A stretch of DNA of 64,000 bases from the human T2T-CHM13v2.0 reference genome, Homo sapiens. The notes below the pieces were generated by a model, which had not been told where the DNA came from, ran no database searches, and was given only the letters and a program-made list of their open reading frames with translations. This document shows, piece after piece, positions 26,216 to 40,372 of the stretch. The stretch covers positions 14,848,001-14,912,000 of the forward strand of contig CP068257.2 in NCBI GenBank assembly GCA_009914755.4. The letters run 5' to 3'. Made by a program: the position numbers and the translations under genes. The first letter of the stretch is position 1; every line of letters begins with the position of its first letter.

Positions 26216-28288
26216 TTTTTTTTCTTTTTAGTTACACAGGTATTTTGTAAAATGAAGTTATTCTTCACAAACATAATATGAATGAAATTATCCTTGCATT
26301 ACTCTAAAAATGAATGTTATAGATAAACAAAAATCAATGTTTTCACCCATATTAGTATGGTAATCTAGAAAAGTTTGTATGCAGAACATGGACAGTAAAC
26401 TCCTTCTATAGTCCATGAGATGATTGCAAGTATAAATCTTACGAGATTTCCATTTGGTTCTCCTGGAGATAAGGGATGCTTAAAAACTGACGTATTCAGT
26501 CCAGTGGCCATTAATATGGGGATAATCTGGAATATTCCATTGTGGATCTGGAACAAATTTAACACAATTCACTACAGACGGCAGTGTATGAATAATCCAT
26601 GTGTTTTGCTAATTCTGCCTGCTCTTGGTTCAGTGACATGCTTTTTAAGGAGAATCTGTCATTACACATGCAGAAGACATTCAGGCCTGGGGGATATCAC
26701 TACTCCAGCATAACCTCAAGTTAGTGGGGAGATTAAAGTCTGAAGTCAAAATTATTTCATCTGAAGTCAAAATTGTTATAAAATTGAAAACACATACTTG
26801 AGGGTAAAGTGAGGTCATAGAGTGACTTTTCAAAAGCAGAATATACTCTCTATAACTGAGAAAAGACAGAGGAAGAGTGCCTGGTGGGCTGTGGTAAACA
26901 GAAAACCGAGGTGCAGCTCCTTTTGTGCACTCAGACACCATACTGGGTTGTTCACTGGATTCACTCTACCTTTCTAGGATGGCATTAATTAATTATTATT
27001 CATTTTTCATTCTTCAAAACACCCACATTTGCACCTAGATATTGCTTGAGCATATTCATTTGACTGTGGAGAAACATACTTATCAAATAATCCAGTTGCA
27101 ATAAGGGAATAATGAACAGGTATTTTCAGTTCTGGGGGTCATGCCCTACCCAGCAGTACTCCCAATTAATGGTTCAAATATGGGATTGGCTCTTCACTGG
27201 GCAGCTCTGGCTCAAGCTTCACTTCTTTCCAAAGGCTTTTCCACTTACTTGAGGTGATGCAATTGATGATGTCATATGTACATTTGATATTGAATCAAGA
27301 AAGCCCTGATGATGCCTCCCATTAAATAGAAAGAAATGTCTTGAATATTTATGATTTTGTTATTTAAGTCTGAATAAAACCTTTCATTTGCTAAATGGTT
27401 GTTCTTATAGCCCATCCTTTCCTTTAAATCTGAAATTAGTTAATACATAAAATATAACTCCTAAGTGGTCAAGAAAGATGCCAGACTTCCTAGACTGCTA
27501 TACTTAACATGCAAACCTCACTTGGCATGTAAACCAGAAAATGAAATATTGTGAATGGTTACCGTAAATGTCTTCTTAAACGAAGTCCAATTAATAAAAC
27601 AACTAATAGTTTTACTGGTCTGCAACATCTTTGACTACCCAAATTTATTCATTTTAAACTTGACGTGATTTATCATTTTTAACTCAATACAGCACTAGGA
27701 CCTCTTTAAAATTTCATAGAAAGAAAGGATTTATGACATATATTTAAAATTTATTGGCTAATTTTTTTTAAAAATTTCAAATCAATTTATTTCAGGCCAT
27801 TGTAATCTGGTTTATATGGTCCCAGAGGGATGACTGTGGAACCCCAAATTCTTAGACCAGTCAAAACCCCACTGAATCTGCCAGACAAAGATTGAATGAA
27901 GACCTGAAGGCCAAATCTCTAGATCTGAGAAGACAAAATATCTAAAAGCAGCAGAAGAGGCATTATACAAAATTACTTAGAAAAAGCCCTTATATTAAAA
28001 ATTACATATTATTCAGTTTCTCTGTTTTGGAAAATTAAAAATTAAATGTACAATTTTTATATTTATTACAAAAGTAAGGGTTAAAACCCTAAACCACTTA
28101 AAACACCAGTTTTACCACACACTTAAACACAGAACTCTTCCCCAATGCGTGATGGGTAGCATTATACTAGCAAAGATAACCGTACTTTATGAACTTCATA
28201 CTTGTGTAAGTTGATTAGGGAAACTATTTTTAGAGTTATCAATCGAATCAATTCACATAAATTGCTTGGCACAATATCTGTACTTTAG

Positions 28289-28644
<356 letters not shown>

Positions 28645-29118
28645 CTATTTGTGTTTATTAACTAAAATGTTTTAACTATAACTTTTAAGTGTGTTAATAC
28701 ATATTGACTCATGTCAGTAATGATAAAACCTCATTTCACTTTTTGGTTGGTGTTTTAAGAACTTATGTTTATTTAAAATTCATCATTCCACTATGCAGCC
28801 ATCAAAAGGAATGAGATCATGTCCTTTGCAGGGGCATGGATGAAGCCATTATCCTCAGCATATATACATTATTACCTCAAAATATACATTATTACCTACT
28901 ATCATTACCTGCATTTAGGCCTTGCTTTTAAATTTCTCTTTGTGATCGACATGGTTTTCTTTCTTTCTGACAAATTAATTTCAATATCCTTATTATTGTC
29001 ATCAACTACTTTACCCTCCTGCTTTGCATGCCATCTCTGCCCCTCCATCCATCCCTGTCAAGTGCCACCTACAACCACAGCACACCATACCACAGTGTTT
29101 CTTATAGGCTTTTTTATT

Positions 29119-29388
29119 TTTTTCTGTTGCCTAGGCTGGAGTGCAGTGGCACCGTCTCAGGTCACTTCAACCTCCGCCTCCTGGGCTCAAGCGAGTCTCC
29201 CGCCTCAGCCTCCTGAGTACCTGGAATTGCAGGTGCCCATCACCATGCTCAGCTAATTTTTGTATTTTTAGTAGAGACGAGGTTTCACCATGTAGGCCAG
29301 GCTGGTCTCGAACTCCCAACCTCAAGTGATCTACCTGCCTCAGCCTCCCAAAGTACTGGGATTACAGGTGTGAGCCACTATGCCCTGC
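29119..29388 (-). mobile_element. Alu SINE (AluS-like), minus orientation, with intact ~20-bp TSDs
   Basis: Alu complement tttttctgttgcctaggctggagtgcagtggc...gggattacaggtgtgagccactatgccctgc. It is flanked by ttcttataggcttttttatt (29099-29118) and ttcttatagccttttttatt (29389-29408), 19 of 20 identical. Confidence 0.95.
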
Positions 29389-32112
29389 TTCTTATAGCCT
29401 TTTTTATTAATCTATTTTTTCCCAACTTCTTGGTCTAAATAAATCTGAATTTTTCAACTAGTTTGCCTCATGCAATTTTCTCCTCTATTGATTCTCAAGG
29501 CATGAATCATCAAAGCGGTCTTGTCAAAAGGAAACATTATTTTTTTACTAAAATTATGAAGAAATTGAAGCAAATGTGATTTCAAAGACCTAACTTTATC
29601 CAATTTTCTACTTTTTTCCAAGCTCTACATTTTCACAGTAAAACTTCTGTTTTATCTTTTAACAACATGATAAAGAAAAACACAGATGGAAGAACATTGA
29701 GGGGGAATTCCTAAATGGGAGCAGTTAGCAGCTATGAAAATGTAGATATTCAAGAAGAAAAGAAAAAGTAAGCAAAACTGAATCATGAGACCATAGAAGA
29801 GTCAAAAAAATGTCAATTTATCTCAGCTTTCTGCAAACTACAACCCATGGGCCAAATTCAAGGTCTGTTTTTGTACAATCTACACATTAAGAATGGTTTT
29901 TACAATGATACGTGTTAGAAAAATGTTTAGAAAGTCATATTTTATGATGTGAAAATTGATAAAATGTTGTTGTCCATAAATAAAGTTTTATTGGAACACC
30001 ATCACACTTTCATTTATGTATTTTCTATGACTGTTTTTATGCTGTAACAGCAGAATTAAGCAGTTGCGACAGAGATCATATGACATGCAGCATGTAAAAC
30101 ATGTATTATCTAGCCCTTCATAGAGAAGTTTGCTGTCTCCAGATTTAGAACATTCCCCTAAGTTAATTTTCCCAGCTGATTACATCACTGTTTATTGAGT
30201 ATCAGCTCTGGAATTTCAAGTTCAAATAAACCAAGGAGTACCTTCAGATTTTTTCATTAGAGTTTTTCTTTACAGTAACACAAGGTGGGAGCAAATAACC
30301 AGTAAGAGCAGTTACCTTCGTGTATCTGTCATTTTACAAAAAATTAACTGTTCATTTTGGGATAACTGTAGACTTATGCAGTTGTAAGAAATAAAACAGA
30401 GTTAGGTTAATCTTTATCCAGTTTCTCCAGTGCTAAAATCTTGAAAACTGTAGTACAATTGGAAAACAACGAAACAGTTGTACAAAACAGTACAACTGAA
30501 AACAATATTATAGCCCAGATGTTAACATTGATATAGACAAGATACAGAATGTTTCCATTACTATTAGAATCCCTTGTGTTGCCCTTCTATAGATACACCT
30601 GCTTCTCTCTCAATCCCATCTCTGCCTTCACTCCTTAGCAACTTACCTGTTTTCCATTTCTATAATTTTAACATTTCAGGAGTATGAAAATGTAATCACA
30701 GAATGTGATCTTTGGGGATTGGCCTTTTTCACTCAGCATAATTCTCTTGAAATCAACCACATTGCTGAGTTTATCAATAGTTTGCTTCTTATTGAGTAGT
30801 ATTCCAGGGTATGAATATACTACATTTTAACCACTCATCAGCTGAAATACATCAAGGTGGTTTCCAGTTTGGGGCTATTGTGAATAAAGCTTCATGTATA
30901 GATTTTTCATGTAAATAGAAATTTTTATTTTGGGGGAATACATTCCCATGAGTCAAATTGCTGGACCATATGTTAAGTGTTTGTTTCATTTTTAAAATAA
31001 TTTGGCAAACAATCCCCAGAGTGGCTGTATCATTTTACGCTTTTGTTAGTAATATATGAATGATCCAATATACTCACCTACATTTGGTGTTGCCACTACT
31101 GTTTTGTTTGTTTATGTTAGACCTTCTAACAGGTATGTGGTGATATCTCATTGTGGTTTTAATTTGCATTTCCCTAATGTGCTTGTTTGTCATCCATATA
31201 GCCTCTTGGGTAGAATGTGTCTTATATGTTTTGCCCATTTGCCATTTAGACTGTTTGATTTTTTGACTGTTGAGTTGTGAGAAGTCTTTATGTTTTCTAG
31301 ATACTGGTCCTTTTTCAGATAGATGGTTTGAAAAGATATTCTTCCAATCTGTGGCTTGTCTTTTCATTCTCTTAATGGAATTGTTGGGTAGGAAGTGTAA
31401 TTTCTCCTCGACGCTCATAAATTCATAGTTCAAACAGACTTCAGTAGCAAAAGACAAACAAGAGAAAAACAATCAAGTTTATTAATATGCACAGTGCCTA
31501 TCACTCGGGAGAAACTTCAATGAAAGGTAACACAAGGGAGTGGCTTAGAAATCTGGTTTATATAGAATCTTCGACAAACAACAATGTATTTTAGAGAAAT
31601 GACATGACAAAGAAAAGCAGTTTTAGGCTTCCAGAGGCAGGAAGCTGTGGGAAGTTAAATATATAGAAAAAAACTAATGGAGTAAGATTTGTTTGTAGAT
31701 TCCTCTGGTGCCATCTCTCAGCTGATAAGAGTTGTTTCCAGAAAGGATTTATACCTTCTCCTTACATGGAAAAGGGTGAGGATAGACAGAGCTCTTCCTT
31801 TGTTGGCTGTTTCGTGATTGCCTTTAGCTCAACAATATTTGTGTCACAGAGGCACATTTTGGGGTGACATCTCTGGTTTCCTTCAGAGTATTTTATGGAG
31901 CAAAAGTGTTTAATTTTGATGAATCAACTTACCAATTTTTCTTTATGTATAGTGATTTTGTTATGAATTCCAGTAACTCTTTGCCTAGTTCCAGGTCCTA
32001 AAGATCTTGTTTTGTTATTTTCTAAAAGTTTTATAGTTCAATGTTTTACATTTAGGCCTGTGATCCATTTTGAGTTAATTTGTATGTAAGATGTGTTATG
32101 TAGATCAAAATT

Positions 32113-32188
32113 CTCCCTCTCTTCCCCTTCACTCCCCTCCTCTCTTTATTTGTCTCTCTCTCTTCCTCTCTCTCTCTCTGTCTCTCCT
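32113..32188. repeat. Pyrimidine-rich (TC)n-like tract inside the L1
   Basis: ctctcttccccttcactcccctcctctctttatttgtctctctctcttcctctctctctctctgtctctcc. Confidence 0.7.
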
Positions 32189-32257
32189 GTGGCTGTCCAA
32201 TTGCTGTGACACCATTTGCTGAAATGACTATCTTTTTTCTATTGAATTGGTTTTGGG

Positions 32258-32602
<345 letters not shown>

Positions 32603-33516
32603 CTAGGTTCCCTGTTCTATTCCGTTGATTGGTGTGTCTGTCTCTCTGCCAATACTGCCACACAGTCTTGATTAGAGTCACACAGTAACCTACTACTATT
32701 TTTATTATTACTAATTTATTTTACATATATTATTAGGTCTAATGTTAGTATATTATACTAGTTAAAAATCAGTCTTTACATCAAATAGACTAATTCCTGC
32801 TGCTATATATTTTTTCCCAAAATTGTTTCAGTTATTCTAGTTCCATTACATTTCCAAATACATTTGGAATACTTTTATCTATATCTATAATAAATCTTGC
32901 TGGGGTTTTGGTCAGAATTGAATTAAACGTGTATATCAATTTGGAGAGAACTAACATCTTTGTTGAGACTTGCAATCCATGAACATAACAATATCTCTCT
33001 CCAGATCTCTTAGGTTTCTTATCAGCATTTTGCAGTTTTCATCACACAAGTCCTGTACATGTTCTTTTATCTACACCTAACCAGTTCATTTTTTTAGCAA
33101 TTCTAGATAATATTGTGTTTTTATCTTCTTGGCTTATTGCTGATCTTAGGGAGAAAGCATTTAGTTTTTTACCATTAAGTATAATGTTAATTATAGGATT
33201 TTTTTTGTAAAAGATCTTTATCGAGTTGAGAAAGTTCACCTGTGTTCCTAGTGGTCTGAGAATTTTTAGTCATGAATGGGTGCTGAATTTTGTCAAGCGC
33301 TTTTTTTTAATTTTTGCTTTGATTGATATTATTATGTGATGTTTCTTTTTTAGCCTGTTGATGTGGTGAATTGTACTGATTGATATTTGAATATTAAACT
33401 GGCTTTGCATCCCTAGAATATACCTCACCAGGTCACTGTGTACTAGGTTGGTGCAAAAGTGCTTGCCATTTTGGACCATGAATTTTGAATCATTAAAACT
33501 AGGCTCAAACACATCT

Positions 33517-34522
33517 GTATTAATCAAAGTAAGAACCATTACAATCAACACAATTTTGCCAACAAGAAATAAGTTTGTTTACTCCTGTAGCATAAAAATC
33601 CGTGCTTTGAGATTCGAGGAACTTTTGGAAAGCACTTTCTGCATCCTGCTGGTTGTGGAAGCGTTTTCCCTGCAAAAAGTTGTCAAGATGCTTGAAGAAG
33701 TGGTAGTCGGTTGGTGAGAGGTCAGGTGAATATGGTGGATAAGGCAAAACTTCATAGCCCAATTAGTTCAACTTTTGAAGCGTTGGTTGTGCAACATGCA
33801 GTCAGGCATTATTGTGGAGAATAACTCGGCCCTTTCTGTTGACTAATGCCAGCTGCAGGGATTACAGTTTTCAGTGCATCCTATCGATTTGCTGAGCAAA
33901 CTTCTCAGCTATAATGGTTTCACCAGGAATCAGAAAGCTGTAGTGGATCAGACCGGCAGCAGACCACCAAACAGTGACCATGACCTATTTTGGGTGCAAG
34001 TTTGGCTTGGGGAATTGCTTTGGAGCTTCTTCTCAGTCCAACCCTGAGCTGGTCATCACAGGTTGTTGTATAAAATCCACTTTTCGTCACACGTCACAAT
34101 CTGATCAAGAAATGGCTCATTGATGTTGTGTAAAATAAGTGAAGATGACACTCCAAAACGACGATTTCTTTGATTTTCACTCAGCTCATGAGACACCCAC
34201 TTATCGAGATTTTCACCTTTCCAATTTGCTTCAAATGCCAAAAGACCATAGAATGGTCGACGTCGAGTTCTTTGGCAACTTCTCATATAGTTGTAAGAGG
34301 ATCAGCTTCTCAATTGGTCATTGTTAACTCCCAATGGCCAGCCAATATGCTCCTCATCTTCAAGGCTCTTGTCTCCTGTGCAAAACTTCTTGAACATGAC
34401 TGTACTGTAGGCTTATTAGCAGTTCCTGGGCCAAATGTATTGTTGTCGTTGATGTATTACCCATTTTGAACTCAAATAAGAAAATTGCTTGAATTTGCTT
34501 GTTGATTAATGTTATTTCCATA
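33517..34522 (-). pseudogene. Hsmar1 mariner transposase pseudogene (frameshifts/stops; ~335 codons of ~343)
   Basis: ORFs 33520..33762(-) and 34056..34286(-), plus intervening minus-strand frames, match Hsmar1 transposase motifs (DEKWILY, PPYSPDLSPTDYHFF, the C-terminal CNGSYFD recalled from SETMAR/Hsmar1). The plus-strand ORFs 33448..33717 and 34170..34469 are opposite-strand artefacts. Confidence 0.8.
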
Positions 34523-34628
34523 GTCTAAAATAAATGTAAAATAAACAGCAAGTAATAAGTCATTAGTAAAAAACATAAAGTGAGAAATGCCCATTAAAAT
34601 GATGTATAACATAACCACATTTATTTAA

Positions 34629-34952
<324 letters not shown>

Positions 34953-35209
34953 AAGAATGTATTTCAATACAAATGGCAAATTCCAACCATGTACTCACCT
35001 AATATAATTCTTTTTTATATATTGATGAATTTTATTTGCTAATATTTTGTTAAGAAATTTTGTGTCCATATAGATTCCTCCTCTTACACTGTCTTGTCTG
35101 ATTTAAGTATCGCAATAATGTCAACTTCATAAAATAAATTGTGAAACGTTCCCTCTTCCCTATTTTCTCAAAAAGTTTATGTAGAATTGGTGATAAAACT
35201 TTCAATAAT

Positions 35210-35551
<342 letters not shown>

Positions 35552-35610
35552 TTATCTAGGCCTGGAGATTTCTTTTTGAGAGAGTTGTTAAATTACATAT
35601 TCAATCTCTT

Positions 35611-35953
<343 letters not shown>

Positions 35954-36860
35954 TAGGGATCAGTCAAGTGATCTAATTCATGTTGAGTGAGTTGTGGTAA
36001 TATGTGTTTTTAAATAATTGGTTCATTTCATCTAAGATATTCAATTTATGTGTTTAGTGTAGTTTGCAGTGTTCCCTTATTATGTTTTGCTGTGTGATAT
36101 GCCCTGTTTCATTTCTGATATTGATAATTTGTATATTCTTATTTCTCAGTCTTGCTGAGGGGATGCCGATTTTATTAATCTTTTCAAATACGCATGTTGT
36201 TCATCGATTTCTCCCTGTTGTGCTGTTTTCATTTTTGCGTACTTGTGCTCTTATTTTCTTTCTCTTCTGCTTTAGGCTGATTTTGCTCTTCTTACTCTTG
36301 TTTTTTGATATTAGACCTTTGATTATAGATTTGAGACTTTTCCTCTTTTCTAGTTTATACATTTATTGCTATTACTTTTGCTGTGAGCACTGCTGTAGCT
36401 GTGTCCCACAAATTTTGATATGTGGTATTTTCATTTTCATTCACTCCAATTTCTTTTTCTTTCACTTGAGACTTCCTCTTTGACTCATTAATTATTTAGG
36501 AGTGTGTTAATTAGTTTCCAAGTGTTTGGAGATTTTCCTGTTATCTTTCTGTTATTGATTGCTATTTTGATCATATTGTGGTCTGAAAACACTTTCTGTA
36601 TGATTTCAGTTATTTTTAATTTGTTGAGATGTGCTTTACGTGCTATATAATGTGACCTATCTTGGAATATGTTTGTTTGTGGGCACTTGAAAATAATGTG
36701 TATACTTCTGTGGTTGGGTGGTATGGTTAATAAATGTCAACTAGATTCTGTTGATGAATGATTTGTTGGATTCTATATCCTTGATAATTATCTGTTTAAT
36801 TGTTCTGCCCATTATTGGGAGATGTGTGTCAAAGTATACAACTATAAATGTGAACTTGTC

Positions 36861-37181
<321 letters not shown>

Positions 37182-40100
37182 AAGGTGAACTTGTCTGTTT
37201 CTCTTTTCTGTTTCATACTCTACATATTGAGCAGCTTTGTTTTGGTGCATACACATTCAGGGATGCTATGTCTTCTTGCTGGATTGTTTCTTTTATCATT
37301 GTGTGATGTCTACCTGTGTCTCTGGTAATTTTCTGTCCTTGGAAGTCTATTTTATTTGATATTATTAAAGACACTTCTGTTTTCTAATGTTTGACTAATA
37401 TGCTTACTTTAATCATTTTACTTTCAACCTGTTTATATTGTTATATTTAAATTTTCATTGTAGACAGCATATAATTGGGCCATGGTTTTTAAATCCACTG
37501 TGCAAATCTCTGCCATTTCATTGGTATATTCAAACAATTCACATTTACTTCAATAATTTATTTATATGATTTAAGCCTGCCATTTGAATAGTTCTTTTTT
37601 GTTTGTTCTTTCTGTTTTTTATTTCTCTGAGTTTTTTCTCCTGCCTTTTTGTGGTTTACTTAAACAAATTTTAACATTTTTAGAATTTTGACATATCTAG
37701 AATTTTTTTTTACTAAATTTCGTTATGTAATTTTTTAGTGGCTGCTTTATGTATTATGTTACATATACATAACTTATCACAGTCTACTAGTATCCTCATT
37801 TTACCATTTCAAGCAGTTAAAAAATCTTACCTACTTTTGTACCTTCACTCTTACCCATTTATAATATAATTAATTGTCTTAGATATTTCCTCCACATGCG
37901 TTTAGCACTATACCAGACAGTGCTCTATTTATGTTTCCACAATCAAACATAATTTAGAAAACTCCAGAAAAGGAAAGTCTGTTCTATTTATCCATATTTG
38001 TATGTACTGAATTCTTTCTTCCTTTCTAAACTTCCAAGATTCCCTCTTTTGTCTTTTCCATTCTGTGTGGACAACTTCCTTAGCCATTCTGTCAGGTTAG
38101 GCCTGCTAGTTGAAAATTATTCTAGTTTTCTTTATCTAACAATGTTTTCCTTTCCCCTTCATTTCTAAAGGATATTTTCTATGGATATAAAACTCTAGGT
38201 TGATAGTTCTTTGCTTTCAGCAAGTGAAACGGTCATGTCCTTTCCTTTTGGCTCCCATGGTTTCTGATGGGAAACCCACTGTCTGAATCATTTTTCCTCT
38301 ATAGATAAGACTGTGTTTTTTCCTGCTCTTTTCAGATTTTTTCTTTAAGTTTTTGTAAGTTTGACTATGATATGCTTTGGTATAAATTTCTTTGGTTTTA
38401 TTCTGTTTGCGGTTTGCTCAGCTTCTTGAATCTGTGTCCTTTTTGCTATATTTTGGAAGTTTCCAGCCACTATAGCCACTATTTCTTTGAGGATATTTTA
38501 AGCATTGCCCTTTTTCTCCTCTCTTTCTGGGATTCTAGTGACACAGATACAAATGTTTTATTTTTTGTTATAGTTTCACAGTTGCCTAAGTCTCTGTTTT
38601 TAAGTATAGTTTATTTCTGTTGTTCAGATTAAGTTATTTCCATTATTCTTTCTTCCAGTTCACTGATTCTTTCTTCTGCCTTCTCCACTCTGCTGTCAAG
38701 TACATCCTCTTAGTTTTTGATAATTTCAATTATTTTATTTTTCTGTTCTAAAATTTTATCTGATTATTCTTTGTATCTTCTATTTCTTTGTCAAAACTTT
38801 TACCTTTTTCGTTTGTTTCCACTATGCTTATAATTGCCTCTTGGAGCATTTTCATGACAGCTGCTTTAAAATCTTTGTCAGATAATTCTAACATCTCTGT
38901 CATCTCAATGTTCACATGTATCAATAGCCTTGTAAAAATTCAGTTTGAGATCTTCTTTCTGTTTTGGGTGACAAATGATTTTCGGTTGAAACCTGGACAT
39001 CTTAGGTATTAGGTATGAGGTTCTAATTCTTATTTAAACCTTCTGTTTTATCTGGCTTCTTCTTACACCACGCCGGCCGGGAAAAGGGAGCATGCCGCCT
39101 TGTTACTGCCAGATATGGATAGAAGTAGCTCCTGCTCTTCAATGAACCTCCGTTGGTTTCTGCTACCAAACTGACCTCCACTGATATCTTCCTGGCAAGA
39201 AAAAATGGAGTAGTTTGTTGCTGCTCTTATTGTGGTCTTCACCAGTGCTTTAGAAGTTGAGGGATAGCATGGTAGCCTCATTACAGCTGGACAGTTTCAA
39301 ATGTTCTCAATCTCCACCAAACCTCCTCTCATACTACCTCAGTGGAGAGGGAGATGGATACCTCATTATTGTTGAGTTTGGGGTGGAAGTCTAGACTGCC
39401 CATTTAGTCAACATAGACACTGCATGTAGGGTAAGAGAAGAATCTTGCTAACCCCCGGCAGGGATGAAACTCCTAGATTCCTGCTCAGACTTCTTTTACA
39501 CTACTCTGGGTGCTGGAAGGAGAGGGTGTTGGAATACCCTGGCAAGGATCAGCGTCTGGGCTTGCCACTTTGCCTTTGCAGGTGTACATGGGGATGGGAC
39601 CATAATTCTTTTTGTGGTGTTCAACGAGAGCAAAATGATATTGCTTTCTGTCTTTCTAGGCTGCCCCTTTCTTGTTCCTTTGACTAGAGAGAACAGCCTT
39701 TCGTTGGAACTTGGTTTTTTTGTCTGAACCAGTTGGCATTTCTGGGTTGCAGGCTTCTTCAGCTCTGAGGTTTTGATGTATAAGGTAAAAATTTTAAATC
39801 CATGTCATTCCTTGAGTCCTTCAGTCTCTAGCTAGTTTTTCATCTTCTCTCAGCTTTTCAGAGTCTCTTTAAATTTCTTTGATATGTAATGTGGAGAGAT
39901 TTTAGTTGTACCTAGAAGGGGAATTAGAAAAAACTACGTCTACTCCATCTTTCTACAAGTGAAAGTCTCCCATTACTTTGCTTCTTTTTAAAAATTGTTT
40001 TTAATTGGGAAGACAGCATACAATTTTCACATCAGATTCTTTCAGGAAGTTCAACAGAATTATACAAAACTAACCATGAATTTAGTATTAAAAAGGAAAC

Positions 40101-40299
40101 CTTCAGACAGAGAAAACATCTCTAATTTATTTTTTAATATCCATTTTACTTCCACTTTGCAATTTCCATCGGTTTGTTTCTTGACAAGTTTGTCTCTTTT
40201 AGGACCTGCAACATCTCTGTTTAGTAGTGAGCTTTTCTCATTTAAAAGTACTTACTGAAAGACTCCCACATGGGAGTCACATCAGTTTCTTTCACTGAT

Positions 40300-40372
40300 G
40301 TTCTCCTATGCCTATCAGAAGGCCTGGCACATACTAGGACTTAATAAATAATCTGCTGAATAAGTGAATGAG
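40300..40372 (+). mobile_element. MIR SINE 3' fragment
   Basis: ctatcagaaggcctggcacatactaggacttaataaataatctgctgaataagtgaatga against the MIR 3' end ...GTGCCTGGCACATAGTAGGTGCTCAATAAATATTTGTTGAATGAATGAA. Confidence 0.5.

Noticed and set aside
28819-29256. 145-aa plus-strand ORF
   Set aside because: Its C-terminal half runs into the Alu at 29119, and its N-terminal half is low-complexity, AT-rich unique DNA (YYLKIYIITYYHY...). No protein-like features.
31074-31472. 132-aa minus-strand ORF with a protein-like sequence. Also 5513..5746(-), 52024..52266(-) and the 139-aa ORF 36064..36483(+)
   Set aside because: The first three are decayed LINE-1 ORF2 reading frames ([16 protein letters not shown] and the L1 C-terminus). 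36064..36483 is the opposite strand of L1 sequence, low complexity and Leu/Phe-rich. These are transposon relics, not host genes.
33448-34469. Plus-strand ORFs 33448..33717 (89 aa) and 34170..34469 (99 aa)
   Set aside because: They lie antisense to the Hsmar1 transposase pseudogene, whose real frame is on the minus strand and matches mariner motifs. The plus-strand frames are chance ORFs.
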